Of a DNA stretch of 64,000 bases, positions 33,621-49,204 are shown in pieces. The stretch's first letter is position 1, and every line of letters begins with the position of its first letter. The position numbers and the translations under genes are program-made. Below the pieces are notes generated by a model. The model was not told the DNA's origin. It did no database searches and was given only the letters and a program-made list of their open reading frames with translations. Source of the stretch: Fimbriosthenelais zetlandica (lineage: Eukaryota); assembly GCA_977030845.1 (NCBI GenBank), contig OZ365111.1, positions 10,850,001 through 10,914,000 of the forward strand, in the 5' to 3' direction.

Positions 33621-36600
33621 GTCCAACTGTTCCTTCATATCCCTTGAATATTATCAGCAGTACCAGAAATGATTGGCACCAATAGAGGCCATCCTTGGTA
33701 TAACCCATACAGCCCTGAACAGCTTTTAAGGTAGCCAGCAATGCTAGTCTTCTCTTATCTGCTTGCCAGAACTTAGCCGCGTACACTCTACTATGGCAGC
33801 AATCAACACAGTCCATGGTATATCAGCTTAACAGTAGTCACAAGAAGTTTATATCACTATACAAGATTTTAATTGGTCCATATAGTTTTTGATGAAGATC
33901 TGAATACCAGATCTCTGTCTGCCTCTGGGGTAGTCACGTAGTGATTCATTGAATATAAACTGTAACTTCTACTGCTCAACTGTTTTTCAGTGACTTTAAG
34001 TTTAAGAAGTGGCAGAGATAGATTTCTTGCCTTTAGAGCATAATTCCAGAAATCAGTTTTTCTGCTCTCCTACTGCCCTCCTCCAAGCTAACCAGACGAA
34101 TGAAAGTACTTTGAAAAATATCCATGTGGGTCGAATGCACTACATTTCTTTCACGACTGTCGGCTGCTGTATACACTGACCTAGCCTCAAAAGGTTGTAA
34201 GTCCTATACAGTTGTATTCTATCTGGTTTTTCCTGCACACGTCTCAACAAATGCCGTTCATCCTTTTTAGCAAGGAATCATCACCATATCTTTGCGCAGA
34301 CCTTTGAAGAGCAATGACTGTCTTTAACTGCTGATGATTCGTAATGACCCTGTGGGACTGCCAGCAGCTCAGACACGTATCCAAATAGGCCCACTTTTCG
34401 GGGGACTATGTTTTATCATTCTGCAGGCCCAGTACACTTGGAAGAGGTGATGATGGACCCCAGCACAATAGTCCGCAGAGACTTACTGCCAAGCCGAACC
34501 TCGCCGAGGATGACCCATGAGAATTATACTTGTTCCTTCAGTATTCTTCCTCACCAATTGGTCCATATAGAATCTTCCTCTGAAAGAGGGCCATATAACA
34601 TCCTTTTCGGGATGTTTAAAGCTTCCAAATATGGGACTGGAACCTGTGTTACAGCTGCCTGGCTCCCATGCTTCTCTGCATCGGTTAAAAGTTGAGCATG
34701 GTTGGTAGGAAGAAAGACTCACTCCTGCTGGTCTCCTGAGGGTTTCAGCTTGAAAATTAACGAACTGCTGGGTTCCACTGAAAACACCTTCTTGGCATGA
34801 GGTTTCCAGCTCACTTCAGCCAGTACAACTGAAAGCCAAAAAGAATACGTCCAATTATTTAAAATCAAAGAACTTAGAAAAAAAAATATCTGAAATGATA
34901 AATGCATTCAGGTCTGTGTTAGACTTTGTAATAGAAAAGGAGTTAATATAATTTGTTTTTTGATATATAACTCATGGTTTCTGTCGCATTAGCAATTCAC
35001 TCAGGAATAGCTACCTAGCCAAATAAAGAACGGTACAAGACAGAAGTTTCATCAAGTTTGAATAGCAACTCATTATTAAGATTTGCGAAGAACTGTTTTT
35101 ATAGTATCACTTCTTTCTTCAATTTTAAGTAGTCGTTTAATGTGCTTTTAAACTTACATCAAGACCCTTTGTCTCTGCACCAAAGTGGCAGAGATTGGCC
35201 AGTGTTCAATGCCGATGCTACATTGCTCCACCAAAAGAGAACATGGAAAAGCTTTCATTTGATTTGCCATCTAGTGCGAGTTAAATTAGCCTACTTTGTC
35301 TTCTCTAGCAAATGTGTAATTATCAATCATGATTATGAGTTCAATGCATTCTTCTCCCTATAGATGTGCCATTTTATAATGGGAAAGGGAATGCATTGAA
35401 ACATTTCTCAAATTTATCACTGCTTTCTCTTTGCTCCTGTTTTCCTCCCACATCTGATGCTATTGTCCGTCTTCCATGTAATGACATTAAATCAATTCTC
35501 TCCCTCAGACACCACTTAATTGAGCTTTCCCCGGCCGTTTGAAAGTGGTGCCTTTTTGTATCAGATAAATATGATGACAATATGGATCATGTTTTAAAGG
35601 CCCATTTAGAAGGGCTCCCACTAACGATCAGTCTCCTGGCTCGATAATTAAAAGGAGGAGGATTTGTTCTGACTTGTTCTCGGTTGGTTGTATTTTCCCA
35701 AGCTCGAGAAGCGTTGGACATGAGGAACTTTTCCCACGGTTGGAACCATGGGACCGTCGCGCTGCATAATGTCCCTGTCTGCCTTTGTGACAAAACGCAA
35801 TTGGACCCAATGTTGAAGGTCTGTACAACAGATTCTAAGCCAGATGATGTTGATCCATAGGGATGACTGCAAAGTATGAACTTTTACTCCTCTTCCTACC
35901 TGATGATCATAGATCTAATAGTATAATTTTTCATTAAACACTCATTGAACACTCAATGGTAAAGCTCACCGTCGAGTTTGAAATTCTGCAGCCAAACTGT
36001 TATAGAGGTAGCCTCCCACACATGTCAGCTTAGACCTAAATGCTTCTAAGCAATGCTGGCAAGAGAGGCCTGCTGCTCTGAATGATGTATTGAGCTGTGT
36101 GCTTGGCTGATCATTTTCTATCAGTAGGCATTGCCTCAGTGTTTCTCAGCATTATAAAATATTACTCGATCTGATCTATCTTTATACAAAGGAATGAACA
36201 TAGCTGTTACCAATGGATACCATGTTATTTTATTTAGTTTCGTCCTTGTATATGGTCTCGAAGAACCATTGATCATTGAGCTATCTCACGTTTTCTTACT
36301 TTTTTGTTGAAAGCCACTTCAGTACCTCATTCAAGCCTTAACTGACTTCATTCCGACTGCTCATGTAATCTCGAAAGTTCGGGAGAAAACCACATTACTG
36401 AGTCTATACTAGGCTCCCTAAATTTCATTGCAGTCAAGGTCGACCATCTCCATTCTTCATAGTCGAAGCAATCCTTCCAAAGTAAAGTTCTAGCTGGAAC
36501 AAAAGTTACTTTTCACATAATTTTTATTCCACATTGATTATGATATATTCGCCTCTGCGTCGAAAAATCTGTCAGTAATATATTGTAATAAACAATAAAG

Positions 36601-38500
36601 GGTATGGTCTTGGCTTTATTGCTTTCTTAATGCTGAACGTTCTGCTTATGGAAGCAATTGCGTGCCAGCAGGCACTATTGGGAAATGTGAATGGTGACGA
36701 TATCTGAGAGCATCGACACATTATCAGGGCCTTGGGGATATTGGACAAAATGTCCCTTCCATACTTATACTATTGCCTATATGAAACTGGTATTTTATGG
36801 TCATTTCACATTTCATATAAGGTCTTTTGGTGTCTGGGATTTCAGATCGATCATTCACGATTTGTTGTTGGCAATATATTTTGAATGATTCCAGTTCAGT
36901 AATGAAAGTACTGGATTTGACGGTGATGGTTTGCTATACTCTAGTCAAATGGTTTGTAGTTGTATGAAAGTTATCATTTAACAAGGCTTAGCGTAGGGAA
37001 AACAGGCATATGAGCTGCATATTCCTGATTATTAATACGTAGTCGAACCACTGACTACTATGTTCTGTTGTGCATATATGTATAAGTAACCGTCATTATG
37101 CATGCGCTCGTCTGTTCTTGTACTAAGGTGGGGCTCTTTTCAGGAATAGAAAGTATTGAACCTCAGAGGCAGAACTGCTTTTCCAAAGGGCATGAATGCA
37201 TGGTTGCTTAACAGATGCGTTCGTTATGTTTAGTGCTCATCAAATGTCATATTCCTAACGTCTGCAACACTGCTCGCGGGGAAATAATGCAACTTACAGA
37301 TTCTTCAGTGTTCATTCATTTGAATGGGCAAGTGAGTAGGTTAGAGAGGGGCCCTGATAGGATAAGCTTGAGATAAATACCCTTCAGGCTATACGTGTAA
37401 TCGTAAAGGTCAAGGAGCTGCCATTCCGCCCTCTACATTTAGAAACTATTCCAAACATTTTGAGGTGACCGCTGGGAAGGTGGAAGACAAATCATGTTAA
37501 TTGAAGTGTATGACAGATGAAGGAGGTAGGTGGTAATGTACATTGCCCTGCTGGTGCATCTAAACCTTGGTCCTATAAACCTGGTGCTCCTATATACTTC
37601 CAAAAACTAATATCCATCCCATTTACAAACATTTTTACTACTTGGCAATCCCAATCTGACATCCTTAAGTCAAATGGAAGTATGTTATATGGATATCCCC
37701 CAGACTGCAGATGCTGATGGTAATTATTCAGAGTAACCTAACTTCAGTAGTTCCATTTTGCTTTGAAAGCCACTTTTAAGAGTTAGACTCATGCTCCAAC
37801 CCAGCACGAAATGTTTAGGTGTTACCTGAACTTTAACCTATATTAGAGAAGGTGCGGTACTTTAAGCTCATGACCCTGCTAAGGCACTCAACACCTGTGC
37901 TGAATTTTAAACAGATAGAAGCCAGGGAGAGAGACACGTCAGGGGCAGAGAGGCAAAAGTACCCCACTTCAAAGACCTTCATCTCAATCGATGCAATACC
38001 TTGTTTCATCCAGCCTGAAAAAATGGCTGGAATCATATCACTGGTGTGATTCATAGGGCGTCATCCGATATACAACTGCTTGACTGAAGTGAACATATCT
38101 GCTTAGAGTATGACAGGTTAATATATAGGCTGAAGCCTTCCCCATTCTCCACTCACTTCGCCATTCAGTATTTTCTTATTTACAATACTATATGACATAC
38201 ATACATGATTCTATTAAGTATAACAGATACAAAATAGATAACACAGTAATGTATATTTTTAATCCAAATAGGTGGTCTCGCATAATTTTCCTTGGGGTAA
38301 AATATCTGCAAGCGTGGAATTGGTGATATCATAACTTGCACATTCCAGGCCAGCACTCAGCAGTACCTTCATTCACGCAACCACAGCCATTAAAATCCCA
38401 TTTATTTTCCGTGTCGAAAGCCCTTCTTGTTACCAGCCCCAGGGATATCAGGGGAAATACAAACACGAAGGCTTTAAGAAGGGAGTTAGCTATAATGCCC

Positions 38501-38565
38501 GAGGGAGAAAACGAGGGAGAAAGAGAGATAGAGAGAGAGAGAGTGAGATTGGGAGAGAGAGAAGG
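38501..38565. repeat. (GA)n microsatellite
   Basis: GAGAGATAGAGAGAGAGAGAGTGAGA. It produces the EREIERERVR part of the spurious 184-aa ORF 38336-38890. Confidence 0.85.
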
Positions 38566-40099
38566 AAATATTTTGGCTGTAATAGAGATATATTTGACAT
38601 TAACTAATTCAAAATTTCATATATATTTCTCTCTCATCACATGTATTCCTATGCCACTGCACAATGCATCCCCATTCTCAATGCAGCACATTTTTTATAC
38701 AGGCCTAAATGCCCTTCATTTATTCAAATTCTTCAAATTGGAGTTCATCACATTTTTACAAACATGCAGTTTTCATGATTATTTCAGGTCCTATATGCCT
38801 CTATTCAGCAATGACATCATGATAATTTCTCTTCTGGTTCCACGGCACCATCCTGTTACGAAGATGCCAAGACTTCCCATCAACAAGTAAGTTCTTTTCT
38901 TTGTCATTATTTTCTTTATGTATATTTTTTACTTTACTTTCTTTTTTTAGTCCCATTAACAAGTGCATGTATGTTTTCCATCTCCAACTGCTTTTATTCA
39001 CCATATATCTCATAACGGGGGAAAGATAAATGTTTTTCGTGTTGATTTAGTTGGAGAGGTAAGGTGGTCAAATTCATCATGAGCTCTCAACAGGTGCCCT
39101 GCATGATTACTGCTGAGAATGATCTCAGTGTGGCAATACACTTACTGGGTTGAAAGGTGAACTTTCGTGTATGTATTACATACCTCATTTCCTGCTGACG
39201 TCCATAGAAATGAGTGGCTGCAAAGAATCCCAGGCCCTATTCATAATATGAAACACTTGCATTGTATACTGAATATCTCTTATCTTCATCTCCCTAGCTC
39301 CTTTTCTTATTAATCAGCAACTACTTTAAGACAGAGTGCTTATATTGGGTGGAGATTTTGCCATTGTAATAGATAAGAAGATAATCCTTAAGCCGCAAAA
39401 AATGTTTTGTTCCTACGTCAGAAAATCCTCCGCTGGGGAGAGAAAGAGTGACAAGGGCTGTAACAAAATTTTGACAGAAGGAAATGGTGGCTGTCTGATA
39501 CGGTTTTCTAAGACGTAGAACGTATTATCTATTCTCCTATCGTCTTATTTAATCCGTTATAATGTGCTATTTCGGTGTTACCTTGAACATATTCATGATA
39601 TCACTATGAATTTTCTAATGATAACCCTTCATTTTCATATAGAAAAATGTTTTGTACTTTTTATATTTTTATCTTTGAAATACCAAATAATCAACACTGT
39701 AGAATGAAGGGTTCAATTAACCCTCAACTGCTCACTGTTGCTTTGTCCCATAAAGGAAATGGACCAGAAAACCAAATGTGTTGAAGAAGAATAACCCCAT
39801 TTGTGTGCCCCTGGGTATGCTACCAGTGAGCATGGGCCAAAACAAGACCCCTCACTTTGATCTCCTCTGAAGAGAGGCTTCGCTGGATTCCGAGGTAGAC
39901 AGAAAACCTGCCAGAGGCAGCTGTGACACATGAAAGGCATAGCGTTGGCGGTGCCTGAAAGTCTGTGAACGGATACTTCAACGCTCAACTTGCCAGTCTT
40001 GCTTTCTTTCACAAAACACTAGACAAATGGCACATTTTTACACAAAGACGAGAGAAAAAAACAGCTGTTGACAGCCCTAGGACTGGTACCCAGCCCAGA

Positions 40100-42300
40100 G
40101 TGTGATGAGCGGGCTGGAGAAGTGATCCACCAATAGCTGGCCGCCAGCAAACCGGAAGTACTATGAGATAGAGAGCTGGCTAATGGCTGGCTATATCTGA
40201 GGTTTGCTGGCGATGTGCGGCCCATTGGGGAAATGGTTGTGGGGCTAATGTAATGTATATACACCCACCCTCCCATGGAATCCCCCTCATTTTTCAAATC
40301 CTAACTGACAGCCATACAAGCACATTTCATCATCTTCCTAAACGTCCCTCGTTGAATATTTAAGTCTTTAAGCCCCATCTTTTATTCCGTGGTTGGCTAT
40401 CCACCAACTGGTGGATGCTCCCCCCGGGTGGTGTGCATGATTTTGTTTCCTGGCTGGAGGTCTCCCTCTAAGGCCAGCAAGAGGATTATAATCTCCTACC
40501 GTGCGGACTTGATATTGGAAACACTTGGTCATGAGTGATCAATTTTTTCTGCGAGTCATTTGACGCTGTATGAAATGGATTCCATTTCCCTGCTACGGCA
40601 TAGATGCCAGAATTCAATTTCCCTTCGCCAAGGTTAGGCGCATACAGATGATACTTCGATATTTTCTGTAGATCTCTCTCCATTCCATCATGTTCTTCGG
40701 CTAACTTGGTCGCATATATCATTCCCGTTACAATTTTTCTATGCACATTAAATTGAATTGTTTAGAAAGGTTTAGAATATACATAGACTTGGGCATTCTT
40801 TCACTCCCTCTATCGTCTTCCACTTTTTTCTCCGATCCATTTTGGTTCGCAAGCAGATCTGACACTGATATATTATTGAAAGCTTGTTTCCAGAGAAAGA
40901 ACCTAGATGTTCATCGTATGGATTCTATAACAGGTGGTCCCAATGCGGGGAAATTGTCCTTGGATTAGTTTACAATGACCCATTGCTTTTGCTACTCAGC
41001 TGTTCTTATGTGGGGTTCCGTAGATTTCTTCTTTTTGTTTTTTTTTTGGTTTAGCTGCATGGCTTAAGCATATTATCTGAGCTTGTAATGACATGCACAT
41101 CACATCACAAATAGATTGAATAACCTGTTATAAAACGCATTTCTACTAAAATATTTTTCGAGTAGTACATCCTCCCTATCAATCTGCCATGTAGATGGTT
41201 GTACTCCTGATGGTAGAAGATGACATGCATAAGAGGAATTTGTGCTAACACATACAAGGGAAATAAGTGCGGCAATATGTATTCACAGGCATTGAATGTG
41301 GTGCATTTACATTGTAATTGATTTACATGTGGCAGCAGTGGGGAAGCCAGTTTTTGAGACACGTCTCATTTGTCCAAATACCTCTTCCCTCCATACATTC
41401 CCAATCTGCTCCTATTGGATTTTGCCGAGACATGAGTGAAACAGGCCCATCCGGCCATGGAAAAGTGTGTGCTGAAGAATTGTGGGGAAAATCGTCAATA
41501 AGTGTTGGAGAGAAGCCCCAACATGAAGTGATTATGACCTCAGGGGTTGGGGCTGTTGGCTCGTGTGGGTACCAGTCGATGGGAATATAGTCTAGCGCGC
41601 GAATATAACCACCCATAGAGGCGGTCTACATTGACTGATGGTTCTGCTGACAGGCAGACTCAGCCATTCTGAAATGAGGTCTTTTCTGGTTTGTCAAGTT
41701 TTTCTTTGCCCCTCAAACAAGGTCCTGTACATTAGGGCCCCTTCGTGCAGCACCCTGCAAATGCTGGGGGCAATGCCCTTACCGCCTGGGGCCATGTTGA
41801 CAGACCGCACACCAATTTGGCTGACAAGAGGACGGCTGTGTCTTGGTTCTTTGTAAGATGGGGACTGGTCCTTGATGGTTGCTCAGAAAACGGGAGAAAT
41901 CCAAGCCAAGCTGACAGGCCAGTCTTGTACAATTAGATAGCCCAGCAATTGGCTGCTGGATTTGATATGTCTCGATAAGGCAGTGAATGGAATGCCTCCC
42001 TTGATTCCTGATTAAAGGGGACAGGGCCACCCAGGAAGGGTAATTGTTGTGGTAGTATGAGATGATTTGATCAACAGTGCAGGGTGGAGGAAAATGAATA
42101 CACTAGATGGATCTGGCTCTAATACTTTATACGCTTAGTCTCAGAGGTCCCATTTTTACTCTCTGGATCCCTGAATCCAAAAAGAGGGAGAAACTGGATG
42201 CCTTTCCTAAGGTGGCTTGGAGTGCATGAGAATTGGCAGTCCATGGTTTCCCTCGACATTCGACACTCGCATCCTCCGAGGCACATTTGGCATTTAGCAT
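40100..42300 (-). mobile_element. Possible highly decayed DIRS-type (tyrosine recombinase) retrotransposon remnant
   Basis: Roughly colinear, frame-broken motif echoes: PSHLRK..QFLPLFGF (about 42200), RNQG..IH (about 41980), LGFL (about 41900), GADW..GRGIW and HVNQL (RNase H-like, 41420-41320), SHSTSGLLAASYW (recombinase box II-like, about 40170). No intact catalytic motif, and some spacings are imperfect. Confidence 0.25.
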
Positions 42301-45300
42301 AGTGTAATGAATAGATGCGTGGGAGATGAGTGTTATAGGGCTGTATATAGGCCATATTTAACTATGAAGCATCCATTTTGGATCAAAGGATTATCTGGTC
42401 TTGATATATCTGTTGTAAATTCCCATGTACACTAAACATAAGACATTAGGTATCATATAGCACCATTGGTATTCAGAACGAGCTGAATGAATGTGTTTGC
42501 ACCTGGTGCTTTGTCCTGTATGCCAAGGTTCGAAAAGTATGTGGGAAAGGTAGAAAGCAATTGATACCTTGGTAGGCAAAGAATGCTTGCGATTAAAATG
42601 ACTTGATAATGTTGAAAATATGATTATTATACTTGCAAAAAGAACATATCTGGAGGATTTTCAAATATTTCATCACAAATACCAGTACAAAATTTGGATT
42701 ATCTTGTTTTTTTTTCCTCAAGAACATTAAAAACCATACTTACATGAACGGATGCTTTGATTAACTGGGTAATGAATCTTTCATTGACAATTTCCAATTA
42801 CAATCCATAGAAAACTACTTATCCCATGATTATCTTCTCTTATCAGTGTCTCTCATACATTGTATATGGGGACCTGGAGAAGTATGGGAATGCCTTGTAT
42901 AAACTGTACCAGCTAGGGTTGCTCCTGTGTACAGGACTTCCTCCAGCATGCCTTCCTCTACTCACAGCATGCATGGGTTGTGCTCTAGCACCAGGCAGGG
43001 AGCATCTTCCCCCATCGAGTTTACTATATAGCCTACTTGCTTGTAAGGATCCACAGACTGAGAATAAAGGCCCCTACCAAGAGCAGCAATGTTGGCAGAC
43101 GTACCCATGCCCATGCCATACCTCCTGCACCCCTCTCATCCTCCCACTCCCACGACTCCGCTCTTTTTTTCCCAAATGGCCTCCCACCACCAAGGCCTCC
43201 TTCAGCCAAGTCTGCTATGAAAATAATTTAGTACTTGAATGTGATTGCTTGAAATATGTTTTTACAGCTCCGTTTGGGTTGAGCGAAGACAGATACAGAT
43301 TTATTTCGATCTTGAAAGTGATGTCTTAACATCATTTGTCCATGGTTCAGTTCTTATAAGTTTGCTGAGCGATGTATATTTATAGGCCAATATATATTAC
43401 ATGAAAACTATCGCATTATACCACCCTTCCATCATTTGCTTGTGAACAAATATAGCCTCAATAAAGTCCGATACTTAAGGTCTTGATCCAGGTAATTGAC
43501 TGCTGAACCTCCTCATCACAAATGTTTTTTTCCCTTGGCAGTATATATGGGAGCTGAGCGTTACAATGTTGTGATATATATGAACATTAAATGCATGCTC
43601 TCTCTACAGAAGCTGGCATTAGTTGCCATCATGTTTCATGCCTTGTACAGCTGGATTTGCCAGGTGTGAATAATAAGGCCTGCCAGGGTGCATTGAAGGT
43701 TTAGGTCAAGGGATAAAACCTGGGCATGACCCAGATAGGAAACACACCCTCTAATCTATAGACTATATAGCATACAATAGCTTAAAATCCAGGTGTACAT
43801 TTAAGAAAATGAAGCTATTTCATCAGATTTAAACCTCCTGCATTACTCTTTGATGTCTTGCAGATCCTATTTTGATCCACCACATATATTTTTTTTTATT
43901 TCGTGTTGTTTACACCTGGTCAATGCTTTACAACATGATCCAGAAAACTTTGTTTAATGCAACAATTGTAGCTATTTAGTTAAAAGAAACGGGTGAAAAA
44001 AGAGAACAGTGTCTCAATAAGAGATACAAAAGGAGAGTATTTTCTGAGTAAAAAAAAAATTTCTAATATATCATCTTCTGAAATGCTGTCTAGAATGTAC
44101 TGACAGCAATATATGTTATCGGGTCGACGACAGGAAATCCTGCATTCTCATGGAAGGGTATTATTTGATCTTATGAAACCCCAACATTGAGGATCACACC
44201 ATCAATTATCAGATGTACTCGTATCCTAATGTGATGTTGCATTGGGAGTATCCAGTTGATACTTTCAGTCTGATGCCTACAATTGTGTGGACCATTTGTC
44301 TGTCGAATGTAATGACTGACTGACAGGGGGCTGCGTGCTAGCGTTTGGTGGAAGTCCCCTGGGTAGATCCAGTAGCACGTTGGTTGATTTGATTGTATGA
44401 GCACATGCTGCCTTATGTATTGGTGATCAGCAACATCCCAGACATCTACTGATGCATGGTCAAGGATGAAGAGTGTGAATTTCCCCCAGCTCCCATCACC
44501 AGACACGTAGACATATATGCTGGAAAATATGGGATTATTGCATGTCGTCATGAAGTTGTATCAAGTTGAAGTTGTCTCTAGTTGAAGATTTAGCTTTTTC
44601 AAGTTATATCTATTCATGTATAGCGATATCACATCATATATACTATTCCATTGATCATAGACCTATATATGTCTATGCATTTTTTAAATGTCGCAAAATA
44701 TATGAATGTTGCAAACAAAGGAGAATATTGTCGTAAAAGGGCAATAATTCATATAAGATAAACTCCCTTGTCAATGACCAGGATTTTTGATGAAGAGAGG
44801 TCTGATAAGCTCTGAACATATCACTTTTGAAGTACCAACCCGCAACTGTGACACTATTATAGCCAAAATAACGCTGTAATTAGGTCCATTTATGGTCCAA
44901 CATGGACGGCTAAATTACACTGATTTTTAATGAAGGACATAACCAATTGTTCCCTTCAGATTTTATGGCAGTCATAATGGTGAGTGCTGAGCCCACTAGT
45001 ACAAGCCAACTCATCAGCGCCTGATAATTCCAATATTGATTGCAAATTGGTAATGTGTCTATTTCCTGTGAGTTTAATTTGATTTACTCTCAGCCGTTCA
45101 ACAAGGATTCTTTTCGTATCCACCATGTAAAATACAACCAGTATTAATCATTCGGGTGCACTTCCTCTGTAGGATTAATCTCCAGATATAATCTGACTCA
45201 TTAATATGAGGGAATTACTATCTGCTTGTTGCTGGATAGGGATTTATTGTTTTATGAATCAAGATCAGAAAATGACGACCTACATCTTCTTTGAGATTTT

Positions 45301-48300
45301 TTAATCCCTTGGAGGATGCAAGATTGAAGGGAACCTACTTTGCTCAGATTAATGCTCTATGATACGAGATTGCCTGTGCAAATGAAGGCCCCATTTCCTC
45401 CGCTCCCATGTTTGCTTTTTAGTTTAAAATCACTTGCTTTTCAAGTTATTATTTAGTTGTTAGCTCACTGCATGTGAGCGGATGGTTGGAAGTAGATTTA
45501 ATGTGACAGGGGGAAAATAAGTTTTATTCCACTCATACAGAGAAGTCTGGACTTGAATATCTGGGCTGCTGTACAGGCTAGCTAACTATACAAACAACAT
45601 AATTATATCTGCAAAAGTCATGCATCCTTCAACTTGAACTGCAGTATATTTAAAACCCTACACATAGTATACATGACATTCTACAAACATGAATGTATGA
45701 TGAGATATTGTAAATGTCTATTTTATGTAAATGTTAAAATTGTGTATATATTGACATATATTTCTGCTGGTTTCTTTACTTCTGAAATGTCGGGATTCAT
45801 GTTCATTGGGAGAGCAAACTATATAGTATTGACAACAGCCCTTCAAATGCTGCCCCATCAAAGGACAGTGGAGCACAATGCAAATATTCCCAGTTCCCAT
45901 CCACTGTGAGACCAGATGATGTTAAGGAGTTCCAGCGCCTCTGAAATGTATAATTTCTTTTACACAAGAGTTTGGGAAGGAAGTGTTTGGTGTATTTGCT
46001 TTGAAGGAGCCTGCACCTCCATGCTCTTTTTTTTCTTTTATCACGGTAGTGTCGCAAGATCGTCATCGGTTTCTGCACAGATCTATCGCTCTGCTAGACA
46101 CCGCGCCCCAAGATCAAAGTCAGCTCTGACACCCGATGTGGGTCGTGCCCAGTTGCATCGATCTCTGGGCTGAAATCATAGGGAAAGATTAGAGTTTATG
46201 GCAATGTGGCAAGTCTTTATGATAAGTGGCTATTATTTAACCCCTGAGAGTGGATGAAGGACTCTAATTTAACGCTTGATTTGTCACCATCCTCAGATGA
46301 TGATCCTGCTGGAAATTATTGCAGTTCCAAGAAAAAAAAGGACCCCAGAACGTACCAGCAAGGACCCTTTCCTTTAAGAAGTTTAAGACCCAGTTATGCG
46401 TGGCACTGTCTGTGGCACAAAATGAGCCATTGCTGCCAGTCGGTCGGATTCAAAACCCGTAAAAGAGAGACCTCAGCAGCCCTCCCTATATCTACATTCT
46501 GCTCCAGCCTTTCCCATCTAGTACCAGTGGGCCTCCTACCTTGATTGATACATGTTAAAAAGACCGGAGCGCCGTGGATACAAGGAGAGAGTGATTGAAG
46601 AGAACCTGCAAAGGAATCTGAGAGGTGGGGGGAGGGACATGGTCATTCAAAGGGTTAGAACATTCAGGCAAATGTTGGGGGAAACAAATATGAACTAGTA
46701 AGACAAATGAATGAAGGGTCTCACTGGTCGTTTCCTCAGTTAGCCCACAGGTGGGGAGAGAGATGCCCGTCTTCATCTATTTCCATAAATCCAACCTGAA
46801 ATGTGTTAGTTTCAGCGGTACTAAAATGTCTCTAAACCCAAGAAAAACCAGGAATTTTGCACCATGATCCATGATCATTTTTAAACCTGAGTTGGATCCA
46901 GCTGGTTGAATCCGAAGGGACCATTTTGAATTTCATGCATGTATAGGATGGTACACCTTTATTACCAACACTGTATCGATGCTTGTATGCCCTAGAGGTA
47001 TGGAGAGAGATTCAGATTGTTCTAAGGGATGCCCTGCAACCTGTCCAGGTTGGCCCTATATGGCCAGCTCTAGGGCTCCTGTCAACTGCTTAACTGGCTT
47101 GCCTCACTGGATCTCAGTGTATTAGGGAGCAGCTCCTACAATATGCTCGCCGTGAGGTGAATACAGGGTCATCATCCTTTCCTTCCTTAGCTTATCATAA
47201 AACCAGGGGAACAAGTCCCCATTGTCGGCATCAGCGGCGTATTCTTAGTAAAGAGATTAACTTCTATTAATAGATGATATAAGGTTTCCTAAATTTATTC
47301 AGGAAGTACACCATAAATGTGCATTAGACGGTAAGTGAACTTTATAAATTGGGTTTCTAGCTGGGTTCATAGAATGCATCATAATGGTTGATGACCTGAT
47401 TCTTGTGAGTTCGTTTCCCAGAAGGACAATTTCAGTATGACACACGCCAAAATTGTTTACAGATTGGATGCCTATTTTTATAAACTCTTCATTATGAACT
47501 ACACCTTTGAGAGCAGAGTGTCCTTTCCAACTTGGTCAGTAAATACTTCATAAAAACCCTAAAACAGTCAAGTTTGTTCCGATTGAAAAATATCGTAAGA
47601 ACATAATTACATGTCTGGAACTTTTTCAGAAAAAAACTGTTGAACTTTAATTTTGGACTTGGCATATACAAAGTACCGACAAAAATGCATATACCAATTT
47701 AAATCGTACGCGGATCGGGGGCGTGTCGTAGATGTTTCCCTCTGCCTCTGACTACATAGTTATTGATGGCAAAACTTGGCATCCTACCATGTCACACATA
47801 AGAGCTAGGGTTACTTTTACCATCGTGTTCCCTCACACGGTTTGTATTTAGTCATCTCAATGGATATTGATTCTATGATCAATATTGTCATCTTCCTTGT
47901 TAGATTCCCTCTTCTACCATTGCCGGGCAACAGCGCAGGGCGTTCCACCCTTCGCATAAAAAGAGCCACGCTCGCTGTGACTATGTATACGCTCTCGGTT
48001 GAAGGAAAAAAACCATAAATGGGGCAGGAACTTAAATGTAAAACCAACGATTAAACAGAAAAAACTGCCCTTGAGGATAAACCTGGCTGATAAAAACCAG
48101 TATAGGCAAAGCTGTCTTCCGAGGATGTTCTGTAATGTCAATCCGTATCCCCGGAGGAAGCATTAGATGAGTGGGTATGATGTTAGGACTATGATAAGAG
48201 GGGTAATGAACGTCCTGAGACAGGGCTTTTAAGCTATCAATGTCTATATCTCAACTTCCTGCAGCCAGAAATGTATTCCAGACTATTATATAGGTACTAC

Positions 48301-49204
48301 TTTTAGAATGCTCTTCGCCATTTATTCTTGCCTGTTGGCCCATGAGCCTGTAAGGATATATGTGTCCTTAAATGTAAAACTGACATCTACAATGTACTCA
48401 TCTATTGACCTTGCTATCTATTTTTGGAAGCGTGAGAGGGCAATATAAGGCACATGGAGTGAAAAAAAATATTAGAGAATGACAAAGATAAGCACATCCC
48501 CTTCATTTGTGTTATGTGTTGCCCATTGCCTCCTTATGGTTCAGCTATATGCCTTTTTAAGGCTTTAAAATTTCGTAGGGCCTTAAGGTTTCTTTACGAT
48601 TATTGGAAGACAGAAGAATATAATCACCTCAATAATTATTCCCTTTCCCAAAGTTATGCTGGGTGGTAATAACATCAGTTTTTCAGTCCCATGTAGTTAG
48701 GTGTGGGTTACCAGGGGCTCCTTCCCCCTAAGGGTAATCCATTGCCTATTTTTCACCATGCCACCGCACTCCCATAGTGCCCATACCACTTAAATCACCC
48801 CCTGAGTCCTATATGATAGCTCCTATCACATCCATTCCCACCATCAGCCCTACACAGCATATCCCTGGTGGTCTTATGTTTTATAATGTTATCTTTATTA
48901 GCTGCAAATAATTCACTTGATTTGTGGCTGTTCCAACAGTGAAAGGCCATAAAAACGTCGATTGTAAATCATGATGTGAAAGAAAGCTTTCAGTTTTAAT
49001 GTATTTTCTCCAGACTCCAATGGGAGATGTTCATGTATATCTCGTTCTTCCTAATCTCTTAGTTTACCCTCTCAGATAAGTATTTCCATTCGAGTTGGTG
49101 AACTTGGGATCACCTTAGTTGAACCCTGTTAGGTCTAAACAGCATACAAGTGTTATATTTACAATACACTGCGGGCACACTTCTTCCAACTTCTATTATA
49201 CAAA

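Noticed and set aside
35600-35830. Gag zinc-knuckle-like FCHKGRQGHYAARRS suggesting an LTR retrotransposon
   Set aside because: The CCHC motif is incomplete, and no convincing protease, RT, integrase or LTR was found nearby.
36600-38050. L2/CR1 LINE remnant (ARNV*VL echo of ARNLGV near 37805)
   Set aside because: A single short motif with a stop, and no YADD or endonuclease motif.
38336-38890. 184-aa ORF, the longest in the distal region
   Set aside because: Starts at TTG, is partly built from a GA microsatellite and an AT-rich tract, and has no domain or splice support.
42826-43329. 167-aa ORF
   Set aside because: No recognisable motif, low-complexity Pro/Leu composition, no exon partners.
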